Source: Spirochaetia bacterium
GTDB lineage: Bacteria > Spirochaetota > Spirochaetia > SZUA-6 > Bin103
Direction: 5' to 3'
Assembly: GCA_965208575.1 (NCBI GenBank)
Contig: CBDBOV010000001.1
Location: 32,001-96,000 of the forward strand
Length of the DNA stretch: 64,000 nt
A model generated the notes under the pieces. It was not told where the DNA came from. It searched no databases and was given only the letters and a program-made list of their open reading frames with translations. The position numbers were made by a program, and so were the translations under genes. How positions within the stretch are numbered: the stretch's first letter is position 1; each line of letters starts with the position of its first letter. Shown in pieces: positions 51,910-62,612 of the stretch.

Positions 51910-52662
51910 CGCCCGGCGGCGGAGCCGCCGCGAGCAGGTAGCCCTCGCCGCGCACCGCGGTGATGGTAGGGGCGCCGCCGTCGCCGCCGTCGCCGCAGGC
52001 GATGCGGGTCTTGCGGCGCAGCGCGGCCACGTGCACGTCGATCGCCCGGCTGCGCCCGGCCGGCAGCCGGCCCCACAGGCGGTAGAACAGCGCCTCGCGG
52101 CTGGTCACCCGGCCGGCATTGTACAGCAGCATCTTGAGCAGCCGCGCCTCCGCCACCGACAGGGCGACCGCGCCGCCGGCGCCGTGCAGGGTGGTGCCGT
52201 GCAGGCGCATGCCGTCGCCGGCAGCGTGCGCGACCCCCGGCAACGCGGCCGCATCCCGGCGTTCCAGCCACAGTTGCACCCGCAGTTGCAGCTCGGTGAG
52301 GGACCACGGCTCGCGCAGATAGTCGACGCAACCGCGCAGGAACGCGGGCGCGAGTCCCTGCTCGTTGCCGTAGGCGAGCACCGGCAGCGCCAGCCGGCCG
52401 CCTCCGCCGAGCAGGGTGTTGACCGCGGCGGCGGGAACGATGAACAGCGCGGCGTCGCGGCTCGCGTCGAACTCGCGGCTCACCAGGAGCTCGAAGCCGC
52501 GTCCGTGGCGCCGCGGCGCAGCGCGCAGCCGCCGCAGGCGCACCTCCAGCGCGGGATCGTGGCCCACCACGAACAACACGCGCGGCAGGCCGGAGGAACC
52601 GCTCATCGGCGCGCCGTTCGGCTGTCGTCGGGCAGTCGGGCTGCGAGCCTGCCGTCCGCCGC

Positions 52663-53373
52663 CTACGGCGCGGCGGCGCCGGGAGTGCTCTTGTCCTCGA
52701 TCTGGCGCATCTTGGACTTCAGGTCCTCAAGCATCCGGTCGGCGCCCCCGCCGGACTCCAGTTCGCGGAACTGCTCTTCGAGCTGCGCGTCGCCGGCATC
52801 GATCTGCGCCAGCTCGTCGGTGGCCTCCGCGTGCGCTTCCGCCTCCTCCACCTTGGCGGCCATGCGGTCGAAGGCGTCGAACGCGGAGGTGTTGCCGGTG
52901 GCGCTGATGGTGGCCTGGATGCGCTGCTGCGCCTCCGCCCGCTTGGCGCGCGCGATCAGCAGGTTCTTCTTGCGGCTGGCCTCTTCGATCTTCTGCTGCA
53001 GTTGCCGCAGCGAGTCCTTGAGCTGTTCCACCGAGGCGTGCTGGGCGTCGTACTGCTCCTGGTAGCTGGCCACGTATTCGGCATGTTCCTGCTTGCGCAC
53101 CAGCGCCTGCTTGGCCAGGTCGTCCTTGCCGGCGCGTACCGCGTCCATGGCGCGCTGCTCCCAGACGTCGGCGTTGCGCCGCTGCTCCAGGAGCTGCCGC
53201 TGCAGCCGCTTCTCGTCGGCGATCGCGGATGCCACGCTCTTCTTGGACTCGATGAGCTGCTCGTTCATCTCCACGATCAACTGGTTGAGCATCTTCTCGG
53301 GATTCTCGGCCTTGGTGATCATGTCGTTGATGTTGGAGCGCACCACGCGCCGGAAACGGTCGAACAGTCCCAT
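52663..53373 (-). CDS. pspA: PspA/IM30 family protein
   Basis: MGLFDRFRRVVRSNIND..KAENPEKML, DDLAKQAL, AFDRMAAKV. Confidence 0.93.
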   Translation of the reverse strand: MGLFDRFRRVVRSNINDMITKAENPEKMLNQLIVEMNEQLIESKKSVASAIADEKRLQRQLLEQRRNADVWEQRAMDAVRAGKDDLAKQALVRKQEHAEYVASYQEQYDAQHASVEQLKDSLRQLQQKIEEASRKKNLLIARAKRAEAQQRIQATISATGNTSAFDAFDRMAAKVEEAEAHAEATDELAQIDAGDAQLEEQFRELESGGGADRMLEDLKSKMRQIEDKSTPGAAAP

Positions 53374-53771
53374 CAGGTGACCTCCACGGTGTCACGATAC
53401 CCGGCCAGCTTCCGGTAGTGTTGCGCCAGCTCGAGTCCGATGGCATCCAGGGTGGCCTGGAACTCCTCGAGGTCGAGGGTGGCTCCCACCAGCGTGTTGA
53501 GCAGGATCACGTCGTCGCCCTCCAGTGCGTAGGCGCCGTGGATCATGTCGGACTGGTTGAGGCGCAGGAGCTGCTCGAAGAATTCCTCGCGCTGCTGGGC
53601 GGGAATTGCCATGACCTTGACGCGGATGATCACCACCGGATCGGCGAGAATGACCAGCACGTTCTCCAGGCCCTTCTCGTCGTCGTTGATCAGCCACGTG
53701 CCGTCGTCCACCGTCTCGTAAGTTAGGGAGAGCGAGAGCATATAGCCCTCGATCTTTGCCGATTCTATCAT
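53373..53771 (-). CDS. CesT/YbjN-like (type III chaperone fold) protein
   Basis: FFEQLLRLNQSDMIHGAYAL, LDLEEFQA. Stop overlaps the pspA ATG. Confidence 0.8.
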   Translation of the reverse strand: MIESAKIEGYMLSLSLTYETVDDGTWLINDDEKGLENVLVILADPVVIIRVKVMAIPAQQREEFFEQLLRLNQSDMIHGAYALEGDDVILLNTLVGATLDLEEFQATLDAIGLELAQHYRKLAGYRDTVEVT

Positions 53772-53815
53772 GTGGGTTAATCCGTCCTCAGTATAATGCC
53801 GGCGGCCCGGACCGG

Positions 53816-55036
<1,221 letters not shown>

Positions 55037-55234
55037 CGATGGACACGGTATTTATTGACTACGTGTCGGACAATAAGCGGAGCGCACTTGCTTCCTGTAC
55101 GGTGCAATACTTCCTGAATCGGTCCCGAATCTTGACGGCGATTCCCGAGTCGCGTAGCATGGTGCCGAGGCAGCGGGCGGTTCAGGCGTCCTGGGCAGGC
55201 CACCTGGGCCGGAAGCGGCGCCGCAGGTGGCGGT

Positions 55235-56164
55235 TCATGGGCGTTGGTGCGCGCGCAGCGACGCCAGGAGCTGGCGCGCGGCGGTCAGCGCGGCCACCGC
55301 GGCGGTGTCGACGCGCAGTATGCCGCCGGGCAGGCCGGCCGCGTGGAAGCCGTGCTCCCGAAACAGCGCCTCCTCGTCCGGCGAGAAGCCGCCCTCGGGC
55401 CCCACGGCGCACCGGATCGCCGCTGGCGGCCCGGCGCGCACCGCCGGCCGCGGTCCGGCAGGCGCCGGCGCTTCTCCGTGCGCTGCGCCCGGCACGCGGC
55501 TCCCGCCTGCGGCCGCGCCCGCCGCGGCGGCAGGCGCGCCATGCGCCGGGGTCAGCGCGCCATGCGCGGGCGGCGGCGCGCCGTCCGCTGAAGCGCCGTG
55601 CGCGAAGGCGGCGGCATGCAGCACGGCTGCGCCGGGCTGGAACAGCAGGCCGAGGCCGTGCGCCGGTGCGCGCTCCAGGTAGCGGCGCACGGGTACGGGC
55701 GGATCGATCGGCGGCGGGGCGGAGCCGCTCTGCTGCGCCGCCTGGCGGGCGATGCGCTGCCAGCGCTGCCGGCGCCGCTCCTGCGCCGCCGGGTCGGCGC
55801 GGCCCTGGCTGCGCTCGGCAACCACCGGCACGATGCGCACCACGCCCAGTTCGGTCGCCTGCCGCACTACGCGATCCATCAGTGCTCCCCTGGGCAGCGC
55901 CTGTACCAGGATGACGGCGCCCGGCGCCGCCGCCGGCGTGGTGGCGTGCCCGGCCGGTGCGCCGCGCTCCGCGTCGACGAGCAGGCGCACCCGCTCGCCG
56001 GCCACCTCCATCACCGTGGCGCGCGCGCGCCGCCCGGCGGCGTCCGCCACTGCAATCACGGCGCCGCGGCGCAGCCGCAGCACGCGCACCAGGTAGTGGT
56101 GGTCGGCGCCGTCGACGTGCAGCACGGCGCCGGGCCGCGCCTCCGCCACCAGGAGTTCGCGCAC
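55235..56164 (-). CDS. rsmE: 16S rRNA m3U1498 methyltransferase
   Basis: HYLVRVLR, ATELGV, AAQQSG, VGPEGGFS, ILRVDTA. Confidence 0.92.
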   Translation of the reverse strand: MRELLVAEARPGAVLHVDGADHHYLVRVLRLRRGAVIAVADAAGRRARATVMEVAGERVRLLVDAERGAPAGHATTPAAAPGAVILVQALPRGALMDRVVRQATELGVVRIVPVVAERSQGRADPAAQERRRQRWQRIARQAAQQSGSAPPPIDPPVPVRRYLERAPAHGLGLLFQPGAAVLHAAAFAHGASADGAPPPAHGALTPAHGAPAAAAGAAAGGSRVPGAAHGEAPAPAGPRPAVRAGPPAAIRCAVGPEGGFSPDEEALFREHGFHAAGLPGGILRVDTAAVAALTAARQLLASLRAHQRP

Positions 56165-56246
56165 CTCGTCAGCGGCGCGCTCGGCGGGCGCGCGGCGGCG
56201 AGCCGGCGCCCGCGCCGGGAGCGGCGCAGCGATTCGCCACGCGCTG

Positions 56247-57710
56247 TCAGAACGCGGCCGCGGCGGCCGGTTCGCGCAACTGCCAGGCGTCCTGTGCGGG
56301 CACCAGGTCGAGGTCGAGCATGCGCACCGCCTCGCGCAGCACGCTGTCGAAGCGCAGGTCGTACACCGGGCGTTCCGGCATGCGGCGCACCACCTCGTCG
56401 TGTACCAGCTTGCGCAGCATGCGGCGCGGCAGATCGACCCCCGAGTCGCGCAGCTCGCCGATGAACTCCTCGATCTGCGCCTCGCTCGGTTCGGCGTGTT
56501 CGCGCACGAAACGGCGAATGCGCCCGCCCTCGAACAGCTCGGTGATCTCGGCCTCTTCCTCCTCGGTGCGCTGCGTGTCGCCGAACGCGAGGTGCGGGCT
56601 GATGCCCACCTGGTCGATGCTCGCGCCGCTCGGCGTCAGGTAGTAGGCGGTGGTCAGCTTCACCGCCCGGCTGCCGAAGCGGCGCACCTGCTGCACCGAC
56701 GCCTTGCCGTAGGACTGCTCGCCGAGCAGAAAGCCGCGCCCGCTCTCGCCAAGCGCGGCCGCCAGGATCTCGGAAGCGGACGCCGAGCCGCGGTCGATCA
56801 GGATCACGATCGGGATCGAGGCATCCACGATCGTGGCGGCGCGGCCGGCGCGGTGCACGTCGTTGTCGGCATCGACGCGCGCGTGGGTGGAAACGATCAC
56901 CCCGTCGGACAGGAAGTAGTCGGCCACCTGGACCACCGACCCGAGCAACCCGCCCGGATTGCTGCGCAGGTCGATGATCAGCCCCGCGGCGCCGTCGAGT
57001 TCGTGCAGCGCCTCCGACACCCGTTCCGGTGTGAGCAGCGTGAACTGCACAATGCGCAGGTAGCCGATCCGCTCGCCGATCATGCCGAAGCGCACCGTTT
57101 CCACCTCGATCATCTCCCGCTCCATCACGGTGTCGAACTCGATCGCCCCGTCGCGCAACAGCGTCATGGTCACGGTGGTGCCCGGCGGACCGCGCAGCCG
57201 CGTGACGATGTCGGTCAGGTCGAATTCCGCGGCCGACTCGCCGTTGATCGCCACGATCAGGTCGCCGGCGCGTACCCCGGCACGGTGCGCGGGATTGCCC
57301 TCGATCGGCGAGATCACCTCGAAGCCGCCGTCCGCGTGGCGGCCGATGTACATCCCGACACCGCCGAATTCGCCGCGCGTCAGGTCGGTGATCTGGCGCA
57401 CGTCGGAGGGTTGCACGTAGGCGGAGTGCGGATCGTCGAGCGCTTCGAACATGCCCTCGAGCGCGCCGTCGAGCAGCGTCTCCGGGTTGAGGCGCGTTTC
57501 GTCCACGTAGTTTTCCAGCAGGAACTGGAGCACTTCGGCAAACACCTCGCCCGCCCGCCGCGCCTCCTCCTCTTCCTGCGCCATGGCGCACGGCACCAGA
57601 GCGAGCAGGCACAACAGCCCCGCCGACAGCGCGCCGGTTCGTGCGCGCCGCAGCGGGCGCGCGCGTGTCGGGCGCCATCGCCGCCGCGCGGCGGCTCCGT
57701 CGTCATGCAT
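56247..57710 (-). CDS. ctpA: S41 carboxy-terminal processing protease
   Basis: DPHSAY, GEFGGVG (PDZ), DLRSNPGG, SASASEI, YGKASVQ. Start uncertain. Confidence 0.9.
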   Translation of the reverse strand: MHDDGAAARRRWRPTRARPLRRARTGALSAGLLCLLALVPCAMAQEEEEARRAGEVFAEVLQFLLENYVDETRLNPETLLDGALEGMFEALDDPHSAYVQPSDVRQITDLTRGEFGGVGMYIGRHADGGFEVISPIEGNPAHRAGVRAGDLIVAINGESAAEFDLTDIVTRLRGPPGTTVTMTLLRDGAIEFDTVMEREMIEVETVRFGMIGERIGYLRIVQFTLLTPERVSEALHELDGAAGLIIDLRSNPGGLLGSVVQVADYFLSDGVIVSTHARVDADNDVHRAGRAATIVDASIPIVILIDRGSASASEILAAALGESGRGFLLGEQSYGKASVQQVRRFGSRAVKLTTAYYLTPSGASIDQVGISPHLAFGDTQRTEEEEAEITELFEGGRIRRFVREHAEPSEAQIEEFIGELRDSGVDLPRRMLRKLVHDEVVRRMPERPVYDLRFDSVLREAVRMLDLDLVPAQDAWQLREPAAAAAF

Positions 57711-57768
57711 GAGAGGAGGACACGACACTAACAAGAAGTATAACGCCTGTTGCGGTACAGTGTGGGCG

Positions 57769-58800
57769 GTGCTTGGCTACGTAGAGTTCCCTCCCTGGCT
57801 GCGCCCGGAGATCATCCCCGGGCTGCCCATTCGCTGGTACGGCGTCATGTACATCGTGGCGTTCGCGGTCACCTATTACCTGGTGGTGCATCTCGTGACG
57901 CGCAGACGAGAGCTGCAGATCGACCGCGACACGGTCCTCAACCTGTTCTTCTGGGGCATCGTCGGCGTGCTGCTCGGGGGGCGGCTGTTCTCGGTGCTGA
58001 TCTACGATCCCACCGGCTACTACGCCCGCAACCCGCTGCAGATCGTGTTCCCGTTCGAGCGCGTGGACGGAGCGCTGAAGTTCGTCGGCCTGCAGGGCAT
58101 GTCGTATCACGGCGGCCTGGTGGGGGCGGTGGTGGCCGTGGCGCTGTACTGCCGCATCAAGCGTCTGCCGGGGCTGGAGGTGGCCGACCTGGTCGCCGCC
58201 GCCGCGCCGCTCGGGTATACCTTCGGGCGGCTCGGCAACTTCATCAACGGCGAGCTGTACGGGCGCATCACCAGCCATCCGATCGGTGTCGTGTTCCCGC
58301 ACGCGCCCTCCTACCCGGCCGGGGAGCCGTGGGTGAGGCAGGTAGCGGAGGAGGCCGGCATGGCGATCCCGGAGGGCGCCGCCGTGGTCAATCTGCCGCG
58401 CTACCCGTCGCAACTGTTCGAGGCGTTCTTCGAGGGCGTCTTCCTGTGGCTGCTGCTCTGGTTCGTGTTTCGCAAGCGCAGCCCGTTTCCGGGCTTCCTG
58501 ATGAGCATGTACGTGATCGGCTACGGCGTGGTGCGGTTCGCGGTGGAGTACCTGCGCGAGCCGGACGAGGGGCTGGCCTTTCCGCTCACCTTCGTGCCGC
58601 TCGACAACCCCGCCCTGTTCAGCCCGTGGAACTTCACCACCGGCCAACTGCTCAGCGCGGCGATGGTGGTATGCGGGGCGGCGATGCTGATGATCCTGGC
58701 CAGCCACCACCCGTCCGGACACGGCAGCCGCGGCGTCAGCACCGAGAACAGCACCGCGCGCCGCGCCATGCTGCGCCGCATGCGCAAGAAACTGCGTTAG
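57769..58800 (+). CDS. lgt: Prolipoprotein diacylglyceryl transferase
   Basis: IRWYG, GMSYHGG, GRLGNFINGELYGR, RYPSQLFE, EYLREPD. Confidence 0.96.
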   Translation: MLGYVEFPPWLRPEIIPGLPIRWYGVMYIVAFAVTYYLVVHLVTRRRELQIDRDTVLNLFFWGIVGVLLGGRLFSVLIYDPTGYYARNPLQIVFPFERVDGALKFVGLQGMSYHGGLVGAVVAVALYCRIKRLPGLEVADLVAAAAPLGYTFGRLGNFINGELYGRITSHPIGVVFPHAPSYPAGEPWVRQVAEEAGMAIPEGAAVVNLPRYPSQLFEAFFEGVFLWLLLWFVFRKRSPFPGFLMSMYVIGYGVVRFAVEYLREPDEGLAFPLTFVPLDNPALFSPWNFTTGQLLSAAMVVCGAAMLMILASHHPSGHGSRGVSTENSTARRAMLRRMRKKLR

Positions 58801-58818
58801 GTCAGCGTTGGGTCGGGA

Positions 58819-58890
58819 TGGGCGATACTGGGATCGAACCAGTGACTTCTACCGTGTGAAGGTAGCACTCTACCGCTGAGTTAATCGCCC
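58819..58890 (-). tRNA. tRNA-Val (anticodon CAC), CCA not encoded
   Basis: GGGCGATTAACTCAGCGGTAGAGTGCTACCTT-CAC-ACGGTAGAAGTCACTGGTTCGATCCCAGTATCGCCCA folds as a cloverleaf. Confidence 0.97.
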
Positions 58891-58907
58891 GCGAGGCTGG
58901 TCCGACC

Positions 58908-58937
58908 AAGCTACCGGCCCCGCGCCGCCACTGTCAA
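58908..58937 (-). promoter_or_regulatory. tRNA promoter
   Basis: TTGACA-N18-TAGCTT upstream of the tRNA. Confidence 0.65.
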
Positions 58938-59043
58938 CGGGTACCGGGCTCGCGGCAGGCGCGCGGCAGGCGCGCGGCGGCCGCTGCCGCAACCGTTGAC
59001 TCGCGGCGCCCGAACTGCGCACCTTATTCATTAATTGACAACC

Positions 59044-59667
59044 ATGTACGTGGAGTCATCGGTTTCCCGCCCGGTCGCTGGCGGCGGCGCCGTCCGCGGC
59101 GCAGCGCAGGTCGAGGTGTTTCGCAAGTCGATTCACCTGACGATTGCGGCCGTGCCCGCCATCGCCGCCGTCGACGTGCTGGCCGCGGCCGGTCTGCTGG
59201 CGGTGGGCATCGCGATCTACACGGTCGCCGAGCAGGCGCGTCTTGCCGGCGCGCGCGTGGCATTGATCTCCAGCATCACGCTCCTGGCGCTGCGCGAGCG
59301 CGACCGTCAGGGTTTCGTGCTTGGCCCGGTGACGCTCGGGCTGGGCGCGATGCTGGCCCTGCTGCTGTACCCGGAGCCGGCGGCATCGGTGGCGATCTAC
59401 GCCCTGGCGTTCGGGGACAGCGCGGCCGCCGTGGTGGGCACCGCGATCGGGCGCCTCAGGATTCCCTTTTCCGGCGGCAAGAGCGTGGCGGGTTCGGTGG
59501 CGTGCTTCCTGGCCGTGCTGGCGGTCACGCTGCGCGTCACCGGCAATCTGAACGCCTCCCTGGCCGTCGCCGCCGCCGCCGCGCTGCTGGAGGCGGCCCC
59601 CACGCGCGACTACGACAACCTCCTGGTCCCTGCGGGCGCCGGCCTGGTCGCCCTGGCGGTGCTGTAG
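59044..59667 (+). CDS. Dolichol/phytol kinase-like (cytidylyltransferase superfamily) membrane protein
   Basis: RKSIH, AFGDSAAAVVG, KSVAGS, DNLLVP. Confidence 0.85.
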   Translation: MYVESSVSRPVAGGGAVRGAAQVEVFRKSIHLTIAAVPAIAAVDVLAAAGLLAVGIAIYTVAEQARLAGARVALISSITLLALRERDRQGFVLGPVTLGLGAMLALLLYPEPAASVAIYALAFGDSAAAVVGTAIGRLRIPFSGGKSVAGSVACFLAVLAVTLRVTGNLNASLAVAAAAALLEAAPTRDYDNLLVPAGAGLVALAVL

Positions 59668-59854
59668 CGTTCCGAAACCACCCCCGTGCGCCGTCCCGCC
59701 GCGGGCGGCCCCACCCGCGACGACGACATCTTCCTCGCGCCACCGCACGCGCAGGCTGTGCTCGCGGTGCCGCAGCCCCTCACCAGGCGCGAGCGGACAT
59801 GCGCAGCGGCGAACCGGTTTGACAGAACCGCGTGCCGATCGGCAAGTTCACGCC

Positions 59855-61069
59855 ATGACAGCGCTTCGCAACATCGGCATCATCACCAGCGGCGGCGACG
59901 CCGGCGGACTCAATGGCGTCATCCGCGGCGCCGCCGGCATGTGCCGGCATCTCGGCATCGGCGCGTGCGTCATTGCCAACGGTTATGCCGGCCTGTACAA
60001 CCTCGTCGACATCGACCGCCTGGTGCGGCTCGACCCGGAGCGGGTGGACCGCATCGACGCCACCCGCGCCGGCTCCGAGGCGGGGCACTCGCGGGTCAAG
60101 ATCTCCCGCATTGACGACCCGGACAAGTACGACCGCATCGTGCGCGGGCTTGCGAGGCACCGGATCGACGCACTGGTGATCTCCGGCGGCGACGACACCG
60201 GCAGCGTGGTGGTGGACCTGGTCGAGCACGGCATCCGCTGCGTGCACGCGCCCAAGACGATGGACCTGGACCTGCAGACCTACTCGGTGGGCGGCGACTC
60301 GGCGGTCAACCGCATCGCGCAGATGGTGCAGGACGCCAAGACCACCGGCACCACCCACAACCGCATCATGATTACCGAGGTGTTCGGCCGCTACGCCGGC
60401 CACACCGCCCTGCGCGGCGGCCTGGCGGCGGATGCCGACTGCATCCTGCTGCCGGAGGTGCCGGCCGACATGGACATCGTCTACGCCCACGCCAAGGAGC
60501 ACCTGTACCGGCGCGTCAAGGGCAGCGACGTGCGCGCCGGCACCTATACCATCGTGGTGGCCGAGGGGCTGCGCGACGCCGGCGGCGCGGTGATGACCGA
60601 CGCCGGCGCCGGGGTGGATGCGTTCGGCCACGGCAAGCTGGCCGGCGCCGGCAAGTACGTGCGCCAGTCGCTGGAACGGCGCATCGCCGCCGACCCCGAC
60701 ACCGAGGCCTACATGCGCGCCACCGGCCAGTTCGTGGCCGGCATCTACGAGGCCCCGGAGGTGCGCGAGCTGACCCCCAGCCACCTGGTACGCTCCGGCC
60801 CGTCCACCGCCTACGACGTGAACTTCGGCAAGCAGATCGGCGCCGGCGCGGTGGCCCTGCTGGCGGCCGGCATCTCCGGCGTCACGGTGGCCGGCGGCGA
60901 TGCCGGCGAGGTACGCTACCTGGCCACCGCCGCCGCCATCGAGCAGTGCCACGTGGCGCAGGAGACGGTGGCCTTCCACGAAGCGCTTGGCGTGTGCTTC
61001 GGTCGCGCACCGGTCGCCGTCGAGTTGCGCCCGCGCGAGGTCAGCGCCCTCGAACAGCGCTACCTGTAA
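59855..61069 (+). CDS. 6-phosphofructokinase, probably PPi-dependent
   Basis: TSGGDAGGLN, SGGDDT, PKTMDLD, EVFGRYAG, VAEG. Confidence 0.9.
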   Translation: MTALRNIGIITSGGDAGGLNGVIRGAAGMCRHLGIGACVIANGYAGLYNLVDIDRLVRLDPERVDRIDATRAGSEAGHSRVKISRIDDPDKYDRIVRGLARHRIDALVISGGDDTGSVVVDLVEHGIRCVHAPKTMDLDLQTYSVGGDSAVNRIAQMVQDAKTTGTTHNRIMITEVFGRYAGHTALRGGLAADADCILLPEVPADMDIVYAHAKEHLYRRVKGSDVRAGTYTIVVAEGLRDAGGAVMTDAGAGVDAFGHGKLAGAGKYVRQSLERRIAADPDTEAYMRATGQFVAGIYEAPEVRELTPSHLVRSGPSTAYDVNFGKQIGAGAVALLAAGISGVTVAGGDAGEVRYLATAAAIEQCHVAQETVAFHEALGVCFGRAPVAVELRPREVSALEQRYL

Positions 61070-61120
61070 CCGCGACCCGCCGATCCGCCGCCGGGAGAGA
61101 ACCGCGCCTGTTGATGGCGT

Positions 61121-62299
61121 TCAGTGCGTCCCCTCAGCCCGCGAACCGGTGCCGCGCCGCAAGGCGTACGCCCGCAGCGTCAGGTACTCCGCGACCCGAT
61201 CCGGCAGCAGCCGGCGCAGCACGCGCAACAGCGGCGCCGTGCCGCCGCAAGCGATAATCGGCGGCGGGCGGCGCCGGCCGAGCACCCGCAGCAGCCGGCG
61301 CGCCACCGCCTCCGGACCCGGCGCGGCACTCATCTTGGCGGCCCGCGCCGCGCTGACACGCTCGAAGGCGGCACCGTAGGCCGTGGCGGGCGCGGCCTGC
61401 TGCAGCGGCGTGGTACCGGTGGCGATGTCGCCCGGTTCGAGCAGCACCACCGCCACGCCGTGGCCGGCCAGCTCGCCGCGCAGCGCCAGCGTGTAGGCGC
61501 GCAGCGCGCCCTTGGAGGCGGCGTAATAGGCATGGAACGGCACCGGGTATTCGGCGATCAGCGAGCCGACGTTCACCAGGTAGGTGGGCCGCTGGGCCGC
61601 CGCACCCGCGCGCAGCAGCGGCAGCAGTAGCTGGGACAGCCGCGCCGCCCCCCACAGGTTGGTCTCGAACACCTCGCGCGCGCGCTCCAGCGGAAACTCC
61701 TCCGCCGCCCCCAACGCCCCGACCCCGGCATTGTTGATCACCGCCACCAGCCCGCCCGTACCGCCACCCGCCGCCGCCTCGCCCACACCGCCGCCGCCAT
61801 CCGGCCCGCCACGCGCCGCCCCCTCGCCCGTAGCGCTGCGCGCCGCCCCCTCGCTCGCCACGCCCGCGCCACCCGCGGCCGCGCGCGCCGCGCCCTCGAC
61901 TGCGCCGCCGGCGCCACCTGTACCGCTACCGGTACCGCTACCTGTACCGCCACGCGCCGCCCCCTCGCCCGCGCCGCCGGCGCTGGCGCCACCGGCACCC
62001 GCGGCGCCCTCCGAACCGCGACCCGCGGCACTGGCCGCAGCGCGCGCCGTTGCCCCCACCGCGGCGGCGAAATGCTCGATCGATCCCTCGTCGGCCAGGT
62101 CCAGGCGCACCGCGCGCAGGTGCCCGCCCAGGCCGGCGGCTTCGAGCGGCCGGACATCGCGCGCACCCGCCACCACCGTGTAGCCGGCGGCGCACAACGC
62201 CCGGGCGGTCGCCAGCCCAATGCCGCGGCTGGCCCCGGTCAGGGCCACTACCCGGCCTCGCCCGCCGCGCGCTGGTTCATTCGGTAGTCTTTCGCGCAC
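61121..62299 (-). CDS. SDR family oxidoreductase with ~95-aa Gly/Ala insertion
   Basis: TGASRGIG, INNAG, YYAASK, LEPG. Confidence 0.88.
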   Translation of the reverse strand: MRERLPNEPARGGRGRVVALTGASRGIGLATARALCAAGYTVVAGARDVRPLEAAGLGGHLRAVRLDLADEGSIEHFAAAVGATARAAASAAGRGSEGAAGAGGASAGGAGEGAARGGTGSGTGSGTGGAGGAVEGAARAAAGGAGVASEGAARSATGEGAARGGPDGGGGVGEAAAGGGTGGLVAVINNAGVGALGAAEEFPLERAREVFETNLWGAARLSQLLLPLLRAGAAAQRPTYLVNVGSLIAEYPVPFHAYYAASKGALRAYTLALRGELAGHGVAVVLLEPGDIATGTTPLQQAAPATAYGAAFERVSAARAAKMSAAPGPEAVARRLLRVLGRRRPPPIIACGGTAPLLRVLRRLLPDRVAEYLTLRAYALRRGTGSRAEGTH

Positions 62300-62612
62300 C
62301 TATCCGATCGGTCGGCATCCCGGCGCTTCCGCGCTGCGCGACCGCTATCTACTATGCCCCGATCCGAAATCGCCGGCCAACCGGTCTGCCGATGGTCGGC
62401 AACGGGCAGCTCAGGCTGGCTACGCGGGTCCTGGTGTCTAGTGCCGGCCGGTCGGCCGTACGTGGCTTCTCGGACTAACCGCGAACTGCTATGGTTCCGG
62501 CCTTAGCCGCTTGGCAGTCGTTGGTGAGACCTCCGAGTTTCGTTGTGGTATGGAGGCTATCGATGTCCGCAGCGCGAGCACTCAGGCGGAGCCAATATGA
62601 TCGAGGTGATTC

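Noticed and set aside
55190-55245. SRP (4.5S) RNA
   Set aside because: It has a GGAA loop but lacks the conserved CAGG/AGCAG symmetric loop. Kept only as an unnamed candidate RNA.
58800-58900. Integrated element at tRNA-Val
   Set aside because: Flanked by housekeeping genes, and I found no duplicated tRNA 3' end or integrase in the window.
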